Below are positions 63,145 through 64,000 of a DNA stretch of 64,000 nucleotides, piece after piece. The translations under genes and the position numbers were made by a program. Origin of the DNA: Octopus sinensis (Eukaryota); NCBI RefSeq assembly GCF_006345805.1, contig NC_043001.1, positions 130,076,001-130,140,000 of the forward strand. The letters run 5' to 3'. The notes beneath the pieces were generated by a model that was not told where the DNA came from, made no database searches, and worked only from the letters and a program-made list of their open reading frames with translations. The number at the start of each line of letters is the position of its first letter. Positions within the stretch are counted from its first letter, which is position 1.

Positions 63145-63430
63145 AAAGACATCATCATCATTATCATTATCATCATACAGCTGGATTCCCTTCCTAATGC
63201 CAACCACTCTGAGAGTGTAACAGGAGCTTTTATGTACCACTGCTATGGATGCCAGTTGCATGGTACCAGTATCTGCCATGATTACAATTTCACTTGGCTT
63301 GATGGGTCTTCTTCTGAAGCACAGCATATTGCTGAAAGTCTTAGTCATTTGTCATTGCTATGTGAGGCTAAACATGTGAAAGGTTCTTTTTACATGCCAC
63401 TGGTATGGGTGCTGGTTACGTGACACTATC
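63145..63430 (-). mobile_element. Family D (RTE 3' UTR) fragment
   Basis: GGATTCCCTTCCTAATGCCAACCACTCTGAGAG; similar to 10150-10500. Confidence 0.78.
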
Positions 63431-63587
63431 ATCAGCCACATTGCCTACACACATATATAAATATATATATATATAAAATTAAAAATAATAAGGGTGAAAA
63501 ATAGAATATTAATTTGATTAACATTAATTTTAAACCAGTGGTCTAGCATATTAAAATCTGAAGATTCAGAAAAATTATACACACATG

Positions 63588-63812
63588 TAAGAGGGATGAC
63601 CACTACATGGACATCCATTATACTAGAAGCAGATCTGCTATGGTCTTACCACTAAGAAAGGAATGTTCTCAAGAAAATTTAGCAAACACCAGAACACCAG
63701 CTTATGCTCTGGTGTTTACTAAATTTTCTTGAGAACATTCCTTTCTTAGTGGTAAGACCATAGCGGATCTACTTCTAGCATAATGATGTCCATGTAGTGG
63801 TCATCCCTCTTA
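63588..63812. repeat. Long fold-back inverted repeat (~106-bp arms, 14-nt loop)
   Basis: 63588-63693 vs 63708-63812. Confidence 0.95.
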
Positions 63813-63827
63813 TATGTATGCATATAT

Positions 63828-64000
63828 ATCATCATCATCATCGTTTAACGTCCGTTGTCCGTGCTAGCACGGGATGGGTCGGTTCGACCGGGGTCTGGGA
63901 AGCCAGGAGGCTGCACCAGGCTCCAGTCTGATCTGGTAGTGTTTCTACAGCTGGCTGCCCTTCCTAATGCCAACCACACCGTGAGTGTAGTGGGTGCTTT
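63828..64000 (-). mobile_element. Family D (RTE 3' UTR) terminal fragment, cut by window edge
   Basis: ATCATCGTTTAACGTCCG...GCCCTTCCTAATGCCAACC. Confidence 0.88.

Overview
AT-rich, repeat-saturated eukaryotic DNA. The SINE and LINE families and the dense (TA)n/(CA)n/(ATC)n/(TTA)n microsatellites point to an Octopus (coleoid cephalopod) genome; this is inference, not a database result. The window looks like intronic or intergenic DNA, and nearly all ORFs in the supplied track are microsatellite or transposon artefacts. Supported content: dozens of tRNA-derived SINE copies of at least four families; truncated RTE, CR1-like and R4/Dong LINE 3' ends; Penelope-like fragments; mariner, hAT and piggyBac-like MITEs or remnants; two Helitron derivatives; a tRNA-Glu(TTC) pseudogene; and one gap of about 100 N. 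No gene can be named. A phase-compatible chain of candidate plus-strand exons (40219-40413, 44439-44590, 49774-49858) includes a chromo-shadow-like peptide. The best novelty candidate is a 374-bp element (39602-39975) flanked by a 13-bp direct repeat. It folds into a 144-nt rod capped by a complete type I hammerhead ribozyme with a U3:A8 covariant core. A second near-intact hammerhead, several decayed ones, and many long fold-back hairpins (possible ADAR substrates) are also present. Repeat boundaries were read by eye and are approximate to about 10 bp unless a TSD or TIR is quoted.
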